Virus record (IMG/VR): IMGVR_UViG_3300037248_000049
Span: 810-64,809 of that record
DNA: 64,000 nt
Origin: a virus
Taxonomy: Duplodnaviria; Caudoviricetes
Strand: one strand, 5' to 3'
In this document: one piece after another, positions 36,003 to 45,654 of the stretch
Layout: each line of letters opens with the position of its first letter
How positions within the stretch are numbered: position 1 is the first letter of the stretch
The notes under the pieces: model-generated
What the model was told of the DNA's origin: nothing
Databases searched by the model: none
The model's input: only the letters and a program-made list of their open reading frames with translations
Program-made: the position numbers and the translations under genes

Positions 36003-37753
36003 TGCGACCGCCATTCCTCGCGACAGCCCGTCGAGGATGACGAGTTCGCGACGCAGCCAAATCTGATCGCTTGGGAACCAGACGCATTGGCCGTATAGGT
36101 GGCCCCACTCGCCAGATAAATATTGCCGCCTTGGATGATTTCCATTCCAGAAGATACGGGCGGATACAGCGTAAACTCGCGGCCCGGCCACACCCCGCCA
36201 ATCATCGCCGTAATGTTCGTCGTGCCCGTAAGAACAAAGCAGTCGCCGCTATTAGGCACGACCAGCGATGCTGCGGAGGCCAGTGGCGCGCATTGCGGTA
36301 TGACTGTGCCGGTGTTCGGGAACACTGTCAGTGTCGGCGTATTCGTGTCGATTTCATGGATCGTGATCGGGTTCCACGGCACAGGAGTCGGAGTGGTTGC
36401 AAATGAAACGAAGGGAGCGACACCGCCATGCGCGCTGTAAAAGCTCGCGTGTTCGATGTCCACCGGGCTGTTCGACACTGTGTCCGGCGACTGGACCGTG
36501 GTATCGATGTAGTTGATCGGCATGGCGGGGCCGCCGTTGACGATCAGGTGGCCGATCTTGACCTGGCCGGCCATGATCCCGGTGCCTCCGCCGATCGTCA
36601 GTCCATCGGTCTGTGCCGCTCCGATAAAAAGCCGTCCAAATGTCGTCGTGGTTGTCGGAACGGAAGAATTCTGGATTACGACATTCTGGGCAAACGCGCC
36701 CGGCACCACCGCGTCGGCGATGCTCACAAAGCCGTTGAAGTCGCCGTAATCCACCAGCAGCCCGATGCTACTGCCCGGCGAGCACGCCGAGTCGAAGTCC
36801 GACCAGATTTTACCGACCTGGAGGATTTGCGGGTTGCCAGAGGTCGCCGACTGTAACTCAATCCCGACGGTCGCATACAGAAACACCAGCACGTCATCGA
36901 CGAAATCGCCCTGGGCATGCTCGAGAAAAAAGCCCTTGCCGGGCCGCACCAGGGCCGTGCAGCCAGTGGCTTGCGAGGTCGATGTCAGCGGCGAGATTTC
37001 GAGGTGCAGGTAATCCCCGATGTCACTGTCATTGCCTCCGTAAATCGCCGCATTCGTGACGCCGGAGCAATCCACTTTGTCGTACTCGACCCTGGCGCGA
37101 CTGGACCCGTAGGTATCGATGCAGGTGTCGAAGCCGACAATCACGCTGTTTGTGACGCCGACATCGCGATAGCCGCCGCCGTAGAATGCCGTGCTGCCGG
37201 TCGGGAATGTCGCCGGATTGGTCGTCGGGAACGCCATGCCATTGCGATAGATCAGGCAGTTGGCAATCCGGGCGCCTTGGCCGCCAGCCGTGATCGTATG
37301 GCTGCCGTCCAGCATGATCGCCGGAAGGTTTCCCCACTCGGTGGGCGTATTGTCCTCGTTGTTCGGAAAGCTCGCCTGGCAATTCAGCGTCGTAAAAGCC
37401 GGGATCGTGATGTTGCCGAGCACCTCCAGGGAGACTTGCGGGCTCACCGCGCAAGCGCTGCCGGTAGCCGCATTCAGGCACGCCTGCAATGCCGAGGTCG
37501 CATCCCCGGCCGTGGTGCCAATCGACGCGGCACTGCCGATCGCCGGCAGGTGCGCGTTCATGTACGTCGAGAGCTGCGCGGCCGAGGCGCTGTTCGACGC
37601 GATTGCCGAGCTGCACAAGTTGCCGGCGCAATCCTGAAAGGTGTCGGTTGCCTGGACGGTGCCCACTGGCGTCATTTGCGAAATGGTGCGGTTCTGCGCC
37701 GCCGCCGGCGAGGACAACAGTGCCAGCAGGATTATGAGCCATGCGGCTTTCAT
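35999..37753 (-). CDS. Exported beta-helix (tailspike/pectin-lyase-like) protein
   Basis: Signal ending AAA-Q; [13 protein letters not shown] cap motif followed by beta-helix-like rungs. Confidence 0.75.
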   Translation of the reverse strand: MKAAWLIILLALLSSPAAAQNRTISQMTPVGTVQATDTFQDCAGNLCSSAIASNSASAAQLSTYMNAHLPAIGSAASIGTTAGDATSALQACLNAATGSACAVSPQVSLEVLGNITIPAFTTLNCQASFPNNEDNTPTEWGNLPAIMLDGSHTITAGGQGARIANCLIYRNGMAFPTTNPATFPTGSTAFYGGGYRDVGVTNSVIVGFDTCIDTYGSSRARVEYDKVDCSGVTNAAIYGGNDSDIGDYLHLEISPLTSTSQATGCTALVRPGKGFFLEHAQGDFVDDVLVFLYATVGIELQSATSGNPQILQVGKIWSDFDSACSPGSSIGLLVDYGDFNGFVSIADAVVPGAFAQNVVIQNSSVPTTTTTFGRLFIGAAQTDGLTIGGGTGIMAGQVKIGHLIVNGGPAMPINYIDTTVQSPDTVSNSPVDIEHASFYSAHGGVAPFVSFATTPTPVPWNPITIHEIDTNTPTLTVFPNTGTVIPQCAPLASAASLVVPNSGDCFVLTGTTNITAMIGGVWPGREFTLYPPVSSGMEIIQGGNIYLASGATYTANASGSQAIRFGCVANSSSSTGCREEWRSQ

Positions 37754-39939
37754 TGGCCGGCAGCCAAGGTGCAGGTGCCTTCGACGGAGAAGGGGCCGGT
37801 TCCACTGCCGAAATCGCTAGCCGGGATCGGCTGGGTAGACACGCCGCCGCCGCTCTCGACCAAAAGCGCCTGACTTGTGCCTCCCGCTGCGTAGATGCCG
37901 CTCATTACGGTGTAATTGGAATCCAGCACAATGCCGGAGTGGCTGGAAATCGAGCAGAACGCGTTCTGGTTTGTCGTGCCGTTCAGGGTGAACGGCAGGC
38001 CCTTGACCGCCACGCTGCCGGTCATGCCGCTGGTTCCGCTGACGTTGACGTTGAACGAAACCGTCAGCAGCGACCCGTCGTACCAGAACGTCCCGACCTG
38101 CGTCGTATAGGTCACGGTCCCGGCCGTCGTCGTCCCGACGACCGTCGGCGTCCACTGCTGGCGCGTCCCTCGGATCGCATAGGTGCCGCCCGCCGAAACC
38201 GGCGGGATGACCGTGCCGCCGTTCTTCGGGTTGACGACATTCGGCTGGTTGGCGACGGATATCCACCCGGCCGTCCCGGCGTTCAGCCCGACCGAGCTAT
38301 TGTTGTCGTTGTTGAAATTCCACAACTGAGCGTTCGCGATCGAGAGCCGGCCGGCAGCGGTCGGGATGTCCACGCAATTGCTGCCGGCGTCGAAACACTG
38401 GAAATTAGCGATGTCGACCGTGCCGCCGCCGTCGTCGCGATATCCTTCCGAGCCGGCGAGGTATGCGCCGCCGAGAAACACGTCGCCGTCAGTGCGCAGG
38501 TTGCCGATTTGCAGCTGCGTCCCGCTGGCGCCCGGCTTGACCCACGCCGAAAACTTTGTCGCGTCAACTTGGAGAGAGCCGATCTGCGCGCCGGTCGTAA
38601 TCCCGTTGGATGAAACGCCGAACGCCATCCCGCTGTGGTAGCCGTAGACAAAGACCTTGCCGACAAAGGGGCTGTCGGCGCGGTCGTACAAAATCGGGTC
38701 TACATTGGCCTGCTGGTAGGCGCCGACGTAGGGGCTGGCGCTCCAAAAGGTCCAGAAGTCGATGTTGTCGAGAAACGAGATGTCGTGCTGCTGATCCGAA
38801 AAAATGCACGCGCCTTCGGGCTGACCGGAAATATTGGCGACGTGGCTGCGTGCCGAGTTGACCAGGCTGATGCAGCCGGTAGTGTTGTAAAACAGCAGGT
38901 TATCCCAGTCGAGGCGGCCAAGGTTGCCGGTGGCGCTGAACCACGGCGGGTAATTTGTCGGAGCCCAGCCCGGCCCGACAGCGGGCTGCACGTCATAGAA
39001 TGCGATGTTACCGAACCCCGGCGTGGCACCCTGGCCAGTGACGCCCGTGATCGTGACTGGATTGAAGCCGGGGCTCGACCGGGATATCCACGTCCCGGTC
39101 ATGTAGGACGGCGACAGCGATGGTGCCTGGACAGCCTCGTTCCACCCGGCACCCTGAAAGCACGGCTGCTGGGCCGTCATCGTCACGGCCGAATTCCACT
39201 GCCAAATCCCGGCCGGGATCAGGACGCAGCCGACATTCGCGTTGTAAGCCGCCTGAACGTAGGGGGCCATGTCGGCCGACTGGGTTGCTCCCCAAACGCG
39301 GAGGTCTGTGGCGGACTGAGGCTGCTTGTTCCAGCATCCGCCCCCGATTGTCGGCTGGACCTGCGATCCGTTGTCGCCGGCTCCCGTGTTGATCGAGCAC
39401 CCCGAGGTCGAATAGGCATAGGTAGCCGCCCCGCCGTCCCCTGCCAAGTAGAACCCGGCACGGTAGACGACCGCCCCGGTTGGGGGAGCCGCAATCGCTT
39501 TCAATGCGGCATTCGACGGCACCGTAGAGAAACACGGCGCGCCGAGGTCGCCCAGTAGCGTTCCGCCGGTATTGGCCCACAGAGCGCAATCGCCGACTGC
39601 GCTTAATGACGGGCCGACGACCGACCCGCCGCCGCCCCCCGGTGGAGGCCCGACGCTGCCGATGGTGGCCTGCGCCCCCATGCACAGCAGGCGATACCCG
39701 CCCGAGGCCGGGTCGTTGCTTCTGACGCAGCTAGGCGTCCCGGTATTGGTGATCCCGAGCTCGGTCAGATTGCCGTTCTGCGCCCCGCCGGCGTCTTGCG
39801 CGACACCGTTCGTCGTCGCCCGCAACGTATGTCCCGGCGTCAGCGGCCCCTGCTGCCAGATCGGCATATTTTGTGCGTAAACTGGCGCTCCGACCCATAG
39901 GAATAGAGCGAGCAGAGCCAGCATCCGCAGGATGCGCAC
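37750..39939 (-). CDS. Exported beta-helix tailspike-like protein
   Basis: Signal ending VYA-Q; GFYLAGDGGAATY, DLRVWGA..DMAPYVQAA..VLIPAG; C-terminal WTPTV..GLPF fibre-tip motif. Confidence 0.8.
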   Translation of the reverse strand: MRILRMLALLALFLWVGAPVYAQNMPIWQQGPLTPGHTLRATTNGVAQDAGGAQNGNLTELGITNTGTPSCVRSNDPASGGYRLLCMGAQATIGSVGPPPGGGGGSVVGPSLSAVGDCALWANTGGTLLGDLGAPCFSTVPSNAALKAIAAPPTGAVVYRAGFYLAGDGGAATYAYSTSGCSINTGAGDNGSQVQPTIGGGCWNKQPQSATDLRVWGATQSADMAPYVQAAYNANVGCVLIPAGIWQWNSAVTMTAQQPCFQGAGWNEAVQAPSLSPSYMTGTWISRSSPGFNPVTITGVTGQGATPGFGNIAFYDVQPAVGPGWAPTNYPPWFSATGNLGRLDWDNLLFYNTTGCISLVNSARSHVANISGQPEGACIFSDQQHDISFLDNIDFWTFWSASPYVGAYQQANVDPILYDRADSPFVGKVFVYGYHSGMAFGVSSNGITTGAQIGSLQVDATKFSAWVKPGASGTQLQIGNLRTDGDVFLGGAYLAGSEGYRDDGGGTVDIANFQCFDAGSNCVDIPTAAGRLSIANAQLWNFNNDNNSSVGLNAGTAGWISVANQPNVVNPKNGGTVIPPVSAGGTYAIRGTRQQWTPTVVGTTTAGTVTYTTQVGTFWYDGSLLTVSFNVNVSGTSGMTGSVAVKGLPFTLNGTTNQNAFCSISSHSGIVLDSNYTVMSGIYAAGGTSQALLVESGGGVSTQPIPASDFGSGTGPFSVEGTCTLAAGQ

Positions 39940-39997
39940 GACGTTCCCAATGGGGTTTGCCGGGACTATCCCGATTTGTTCCCCAAAAAAACGCACG

Positions 39998-40132
39998 TCA
40001 GCGCCTCGCGCCCTTGCGCTTTGCGCGGCTGCCGCCCGCACGCTTCCAGCCGTGGCTTTCCAGTGCCCGCTTGCCGATTTCGGTCACGCGCGTCTGAGCG
40101 ACATGCCGGCCTTTGCGGTCAGGCTTCCTCAT
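39998..40132 (-). CDS. Tiny basic protein
   Basis: MRKPDRKGRHVAQ...KRKGARR; ATGA coupling. Confidence 0.55.
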   Translation of the reverse strand: MRKPDRKGRHVAQTRVTEIGKRALESHGWKRAGGSRAKRKGARR

Positions 40133-40320
40133 CGCCGCACACTTTTCCGCTTCGATCGCGACTTGCCGCGCGCCACGACCGCGTTTGCCTGACGGATTGC
40201 CGACCCCTCGGAAGCGCCGCGCGAGAGGGCGCTATTGGCGACATCTTTCCATTGGCGGCTCGATTTACCGGAAGACGCCTTGCGGGTGTGACGCTTGGCA
40301 TCGCCAGCCGACCACGGCAT
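40129..40320 (-). CDS. Small basic protein (ChaB-like)
   Basis: RQWKDVANSAL..SEGSAIRQANAVV. Confidence 0.7.
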   Translation of the reverse strand: MPWSAGDAKRHTRKASSGKSSRQWKDVANSALSRGASEGSAIRQANAVVARGKSRSKRKSVRR

Positions 40321-40628
40321 CACTTCCTCCGCAGCATGTAGTTCAACGCGAGGATAAAGCCGCCGTAGAGCGCCAGCCCGACCAGCTTCTGTGGGCTCGG
40401 CTCCGGCAGCGTCACGTAAAACAGCCACCATACGCTCGCGGCAGAAGCCGCCATGAACAGGTTGCCGAGCGCAATCACGGCGCGCTGCGACAGTGCTCGC
40501 AGGCTGACGAACAAAAGGCTGGTCAGGGCGGCGGCGGACGGGCTCTGCGGCGGCTGCGGCGGCGCTTCGGGCTCATCCCCGATCAGGGTGTCGCCGACCT
40601 CGACTGGCGTGAGCCGCGCGCTACGCAT
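40320..40628 (-). CDS. Two-TM membrane protein
   Basis: Hydrophobic helices; coupled overlaps. Confidence 0.7.
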   Translation of the reverse strand: MRSARLTPVEVGDTLIGDEPEAPPQPPQSPSAAALTSLLFVSLRALSQRAVIALGNLFMAASAASVWWLFYVTLPEPSPQKLVGLALYGGFILALNYMLRRK

Positions 40629-40857
40629 CCTTGCCTCCAACGGTTCGCAGCCCAGTCTTCAACGCATCGAACGAGCCGCCCGCCGAATCGTCGGACGGAA
40701 GATTCTTAGCCGCTTTGCTTATGCCGATGTGATAGGTCGTTACAACCTTGAACGCGTCCAATTTATCAGGCAGCGGCGTCTGATCGCGCAGGGCCACCTC
40801 GAGGATTGACCGCGCCAATTCCTCGAGCTGTCTGCCGATGCTCTTCGGGCGGCTCAT
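40621..40857 (-). CDS. Hypothetical protein
   Basis: ATGA coupling. Confidence 0.65.
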   Translation of the reverse strand: MSRPKSIGRQLEELARSILEVALRDQTPLPDKLDAFKVVTTYHIGISKAAKNLPSDDSAGGSFDALKTGLRTVGGKDA

Positions 40858-42260
40858 GGGGGCATTCCGACCCGTGCCGCATATGGGTCTGTCACCGATT
40901 GCGGAAGCGCAGGAGGGTTCTCGGAAGCAGCGGCAGGGATGGCCCGAGCCGCCGTAGGCGACAACGTCACGCCACCTGGTCGCGGGCGAGCGGCCAAATT
41001 CTGTACTGGCCTAGATAGTGCGGCACCCCGCGCAGGACCGCGCAACAGCGATGCGACTGCCGCCTCTGGGTGGCCGGCCGCCGCCGCGCCAGCGCCGAAG
41101 AAGAAATCCAGCACGCTCATATTCTCTTCGTGCCCAAACCCAGCCGGCATTTGCGTGGCCTTTGGGAAAGCCGCCGCTGCATTTGCGATCGTGTCGAGCT
41201 CGCCAGTTAACGGCCGCCCCTTCGCCGCCAACCTCGCGATACCCCGCGCGTTTACGTCTCCGGTCGCAGGATTTGTGGCCCCTTCGACATCATAGGAACG
41301 CGCAATCAAGCGGCGAGCCTGACGATATTGATCGACCAGCTCCGAGCCCGGCTGCGCCCCCTGAATATTGCGCTCTACCAAGTCGTCGATAGCGTCAGCG
41401 GCTTGCCGCTGGGCTATGCCAAGGGCATGCTTGCTGGGCTCGCCGAGCGCGCGCAAATTAGCGTTTGCATTGAACCGCAGCTCTTTGACAATCTCCAGAG
41501 CGACATCAGTTGGTATCTGACGTACGCTCTTCATCTCGTCTACCAAATCTTTGATGCCGGGGTTTGCGGTGATTTTCGGAAACAGCTTGGCCGCCTGACT
41601 GTTTGCGCCGCCAAGCCCAGCCACGACTTGATCATAAGCCTGATCTGCATGGATGACCGGGATGGCATTGGCGACTGCCTGATAAGCCTGCCCGGCCTTG
41701 GCGCGGACGGCATTGAATGTCTGATCAGAAAGAACGGTGCCCTCGGGCAGTTCCAGAGCCTTGACGGCGAGGCCATTCGTCACCTCCTGGTTTCGAGCTG
41801 ACGCGGCCTGTTGAGTCTTGATCTTTCCACCCCAGCCAGCCAAGACCTGAGAAATGATCCCTGGCTTCTCGCTAATCGCGCCGGGCGGAAGCACATACCC
41901 CGCCTGGCGAGCTGTGACCGCCGCCGGTCGAGCAACCGTTTTGGGAACAGACGCCCCCTCAAGAGAGGCTGGCCCTGCAATAGCCGCCAATTGCTCGGCG
42001 GTCTGCATGTCGGAGGGGTCGGATACGCGCTGAGCAAGGGTTTCGCCCTTGTGAGCAGCAGCCTGTCGTGCGGCCTCTTGCGGAAAATCCGCAATTCCTT
42101 TGGCGACAGCCGGGATGTCAAGCTGTGGCTCAAAAACGCTGAGGTTCAAAAACGGCCTGCGTGGCGCAGGCGCAGCGGACGGAGCGCCCAAAACCGCATC
42201 GACCGATGGCGTGTCGGATTTCCCGGAAGCCGGTCCCAGCAATTCGTCGACGGTTGGCAT
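40854..42260 (-). CDS. Internal virion / DNA-ejection protein
   Basis: Ala-rich helical protein in the podovirus ejection block. Confidence 0.7.
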   Translation of the reverse strand: MPTVDELLGPASGKSDTPSVDAVLGAPSAAPAPRRPFLNLSVFEPQLDIPAVAKGIADFPQEAARQAAAHKGETLAQRVSDPSDMQTAEQLAAIAGPASLEGASVPKTVARPAAVTARQAGYVLPPGAISEKPGIISQVLAGWGGKIKTQQAASARNQEVTNGLAVKALELPEGTVLSDQTFNAVRAKAGQAYQAVANAIPVIHADQAYDQVVAGLGGANSQAAKLFPKITANPGIKDLVDEMKSVRQIPTDVALEIVKELRFNANANLRALGEPSKHALGIAQRQAADAIDDLVERNIQGAQPGSELVDQYRQARRLIARSYDVEGATNPATGDVNARGIARLAAKGRPLTGELDTIANAAAAFPKATQMPAGFGHEENMSVLDFFFGAGAAAAGHPEAAVASLLRGPARGAALSRPVQNLAARPRPGGVTLSPTAARAIPAAASENPPALPQSVTDPYAARVGMPP

Positions 42261-44353
42261 TACTGAGCCCAACCATGGTCGCGGAGGATTTTTGCGGCAT
42301 CGTCTCGACTCAACGTGCCGGCCTTGTATGCCGAAACCACGTCAGCCGACGACTTGTAGTCTGCCGCCGGTGACGGCGTATTGCTGCCCGACAAGTTCGG
42401 CAATCCACCTTGTTCGCCACCGGCAAACCCCTGCCGGAAGGTCTGCAACATCTCCTGGGGAGCCCGCAAAGCTGCGTTGATTTCTCGGTTGATCGCCGCA
42501 ACAGCGGTTTCGTACTGGCCCTTGCTCCAATTCGTGTTGAGGAGGTTGGTCGCCTGCGACCGGGCGGCATCGGTGAGCTGTGCGTTGCCGCGACCGATGA
42601 CCTGCGCATAGGCGTCGATCAATGCGACGTTCGCCTCCACAAAGTTGATCACGTCCTCGTTGCCGGTGCCCTCCATGACTGCGAGTTGCGCCTTGTTGAG
42701 CGACGGAAACTGTGTCCGATCTACCTTGGCCGACGCGGCAAGCGCCAACGGGGTAAATTGCTTGGCTTCCTGCGCGCCAATCGTCAGCTGCGCGACGCGA
42801 CCGAAGCCGGTGCGCTCCGCTTGTTGCAGACCACCGTACTCCGCGATGCCAACCGCCAGTCTCCGGCCAATGTCAGCAGAGATTTCTTCCTTCTCGGCAT
42901 CCGTAGGCGGACGACCGTGTTGTTCCTGAAACTCTGCCGTAGCGCGGGTCATTTCCTTTTGCGAGATGGCGGTTCGCACGGCCGCGCGGTTCGTTGCTCC
43001 CGTGTTGCCGTAACCGAGACCCTGCAGCACCGACTTGTCGCCGGCGATGTACTGATCCGCCATCTGCGACACAGTGCCTTGATCGAGTTGACCGCCGCCC
43101 ATTCCGCCCATCTGGGCCGTGCGCGACTTGTAAAATTCGGTCTGCGCACGAGTCTTGTCGAGGTCAACCTGCGCTTTTTGCAGCGCGTTGGTCATCTGGT
43201 AGACCTGAACCCAGTTGCCGAGCGCCGCCTGGTCAAGTTGGTTCTGCATCCCGTACAAACGGAACACGTTGTCCAGCTTTTCCTGACGCTCCGACTCGGT
43301 CAGCTTCTCGTTCTCGACAATCTGGTTGATTTCCTGATTCTGGAACGACAGCGCCTGGCTGACGAGCGCCGTCTGGTCGTGCCATTGCGTATAAGCGCGC
43401 TCGAATTGCTCATGGTTGTTCGTGTTCATCGCCTCCATTGCCGACCCGGCGGCGCCGAGGGCGGCCGTCAGCGGGCGACGAGAGAACAGCCCCCCGGCCA
43501 TCGCGATAATCGAGGCGAGAGAGCCGAAATTCTGCATCATGTCGACCGGCTTTTCGGTCGGCGGATGCGCGGCCAAATCCTCGAACGTCCGCGCCAGCCG
43601 CTCGGAATGCTCCATCGCCTGCTGCATGGCCTGCTGGCGTTCCTGAGAGCCGGGGGCGGCCTTGTTCGCCTCTTCCATCAGCTGTTGCAGCATTCCGCTC
43701 TCGCGCTGCTGGATGTCCTGGTTGCGTTTGACGAATTCCTGAAAGGTCGGCGTGGCGCCAGCCTGCATCTCGCCCGCCGGCGGGCCGGGGCGCTCGAATT
43801 TCGCCTTGAAGGCGTCGTAAGCCGCGCTCTCGGTAGAGGACTTCTTGACCGCCTCGAAAGCCGGCTTCTCCGTCGTGTTCAACTCCTGCCATGCGAAGTC
43901 GAGCTGCTGTTGCGCGGTCGGACGCGGGCCGTACTGAGCGATCAACCGTCGTTGGCGGTCGGCGCGCCATTGCGCGATCCCCGCCGCTCCCTGCCCGCCG
44001 CCCGCCGGGTTGAAGGCGTCCGGGTCGCCGCCGCTCTCGTCCATGAATGCGCGGGTCATGCCCTTGGCCTGCGCGGGCGTCAGGCCCTTGCGGACGAAAT
44101 AATCGGTGATCTGGTCGGGCGGGATGCGGCCGTTGTCGGATGGCGCTGGCGCGGCCGGTGGTGCAGCGGGAGGCGGTTGCGGCGGAGCGGCAGCCGCAGG
44201 CGGGGCAGCGGGTGGCGGCGCGGGTGGCGCGGCTTGGGGCTGCGCCGGGGCAGTTGGAACCGTAACCGAGCGCACCGGGGCGACCGGCGCCTGAACCGTG
44301 ACGCCTGGGACGTATTGAATTTGGTCGGACGGCAGGGTTGCCGCGTCGGGCAT
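42260..44353 (-). CDS. Ejection protein with phage tail lysozyme domain
   Basis: KGLTPAQAKG..MDESG..GAAGIAQWRADR..QQLDFAWQEL..FERP (Phage_lysozyme2-type). Confidence 0.85.
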   Translation of the reverse strand: MPDAATLPSDQIQYVPGVTVQAPVAPVRSVTVPTAPAQPQAAPPAPPPAAPPAAAAPPQPPPAAPPAAPAPSDNGRIPPDQITDYFVRKGLTPAQAKGMTRAFMDESGGDPDAFNPAGGGQGAAGIAQWRADRQRRLIAQYGPRPTAQQQLDFAWQELNTTEKPAFEAVKKSSTESAAYDAFKAKFERPGPPAGEMQAGATPTFQEFVKRNQDIQQRESGMLQQLMEEANKAAPGSQERQQAMQQAMEHSERLARTFEDLAAHPPTEKPVDMMQNFGSLASIIAMAGGLFSRRPLTAALGAAGSAMEAMNTNNHEQFERAYTQWHDQTALVSQALSFQNQEINQIVENEKLTESERQEKLDNVFRLYGMQNQLDQAALGNWVQVYQMTNALQKAQVDLDKTRAQTEFYKSRTAQMGGMGGGQLDQGTVSQMADQYIAGDKSVLQGLGYGNTGATNRAAVRTAISQKEMTRATAEFQEQHGRPPTDAEKEEISADIGRRLAVGIAEYGGLQQAERTGFGRVAQLTIGAQEAKQFTPLALAASAKVDRTQFPSLNKAQLAVMEGTGNEDVINFVEANVALIDAYAQVIGRGNAQLTDAARSQATNLLNTNWSKGQYETAVAAINREINAALRAPQEMLQTFRQGFAGGEQGGLPNLSGSNTPSPAADYKSSADVVSAYKAGTLSRDDAAKILRDHGWAQ

Positions 44354-45651
44354 CAGCTCGTCCCCGTGTTCAGCTTCGCCCCGGCAAGGCCCGCCGCGAA
44401 CTGGCTAAGGCTTTTCTGGAAGGCCGTATCCTGGTCTAGTGTGGATTTCAGCAATTGCTCGAAGACGCCGCTCGAAAGCTGCGTGTAGTTCGCCCCCTGC
44501 TGTAGAAGCTGTTGAGCAATCTGCTCGCCCTGCGCCGACGCTTGCTGGTCAACCTGCGCCATGCGGTCGGCTTCCCACGTCGAGCCGCTGAGCCCGAGCT
44601 GAGCCGCCGTCGAGCGCACCTGAGACTTTGCCGCCGTCGTCGCGAGGTTGATCGACTCCTGCGCGCCCGGCGGCAACGTCCCGCTCGAAACATACGAGGC
44701 GAGCTGGTTGCCCTCCGCCGCCGTCTGCGCGCCGATCGTGTTGAGCTGCGCCTGCTCGGGAAGCGGCTGGTTCTGTTTCAGTGCCTCCAAGCCGAGAATG
44801 CCGGCGCTCGCCACAGCGCCGGGGTTGTTCGCCGCGAACCCGCCGATCTTGCTCAGGAGGCCGCCCCCGCCTCCGCCGGAAAAGTCCTGATCCGCCGATC
44901 CCGGCGGCAAGGTCGCACCACTGGCTGCCGCAGCCGCCGGGTCGAAGCTGCCGCCGCCGGCGCCCCCAGCGCCAGCACCGCCGCCGATCGCCCCCGCCCC
45001 CACGTCCTGGGGCGCCCCGACACTGGTCAGCCCGTAGCTGCCATATGCCCCGCCGCCTGCCGAGGGGAGCGTTGTCGAAGGGCCGAGGAGGTCGCCCGAC
45101 GCCGCAATGCCGCCGCCCGGCAACGCCGCGCTCGCCGCAGAGGCGCCGGCGCCCGCCGTGCCGCCTGCCGGCACCGCCGAGGCGGCTGGGGAGGGGGTGG
45201 CCGTCGTGCCAGCGCCTCCTATTCCAGACAATCCAGCAGCCAGTCCACCGGCACCGCCGGTTAATGCGCCCGAAAGAGGATTCTGCCCGGTGACTTCTGC
45301 GCCAACGAGGCCTCCGCCAGCACCGGCGGCGACATCCCCGATGGTAGCGGCCGTTCCTGCTGAGAGCCCGGTAGCGCCGCCGAGCGCGCTTCCGATTGCC
45401 GGCCCCAAGGCCCCGACGGCACCGCCCGAGATACCGCCGGTTAATGCGCCGAGACCCGGCTTGCCGCCAGTTAGGCCCGCAAGCGCCGCGCCACCGCCAG
45501 CGCCAATCGCGGCATCCGTCAAACCACCCGCTACAGCGGCGCCGAGGCCAGAACCGAGCGCGGGGACAAGGATCCCAGTCAGCGCCTCGGTTATACCAAA
45601 AAACAACAGTTGCCGGGTTTCAATCGATTCGGGATCGTGTTTCCTAAACAT
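44353..45651 (-). CDS. Gly-rich DNA-transfer/pilot protein
   Basis: Glycine-zipper N-half and Gln-rich helical C-half. Confidence 0.75.
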   Translation of the reverse strand: MFRKHDPESIETRQLLFFGITEALTGILVPALGSGLGAAVAGGLTDAAIGAGGGAALAGLTGGKPGLGALTGGISGGAVGALGPAIGSALGGATGLSAGTAATIGDVAAGAGGGLVGAEVTGQNPLSGALTGGAGGLAAGLSGIGGAGTTATPSPAASAVPAGGTAGAGASAASAALPGGGIAASGDLLGPSTTLPSAGGGAYGSYGLTSVGAPQDVGAGAIGGGAGAGGAGGGSFDPAAAAASGATLPPGSADQDFSGGGGGGLLSKIGGFAANNPGAVASAGILGLEALKQNQPLPEQAQLNTIGAQTAAEGNQLASYVSSGTLPPGAQESINLATTAAKSQVRSTAAQLGLSGSTWEADRMAQVDQQASAQGEQIAQQLLQQGANYTQLSSGVFEQLLKSTLDQDTAFQKSLSQFAAGLAGAKLNTGTS

Positions 45652-45654
45652 GGA

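Noticed and set aside
35494-36201. Long N-terminal extensions in the ORF track (also 27199-27396, 53279-53854, 59742-60239, 12080-12463)
   Set aside because: They overlap real upstream genes in another frame; true starts are at the coupled ATG/GTG codons.
22591-39939. Captured bacterial polysaccharide-utilisation locus
   Set aside because: No transporters or regulators; genes are coupled within the late operon and contain phage fibre and tailspike motifs.
42410-44488. 692-aa plus-strand ORF (and similar long antisense ORFs at 54284-55774, 58230-59852, 28179-29435)
   Set aside because: Antisense shadows of real high-GC3 genes; Arg/Leu-rich with no motifs.
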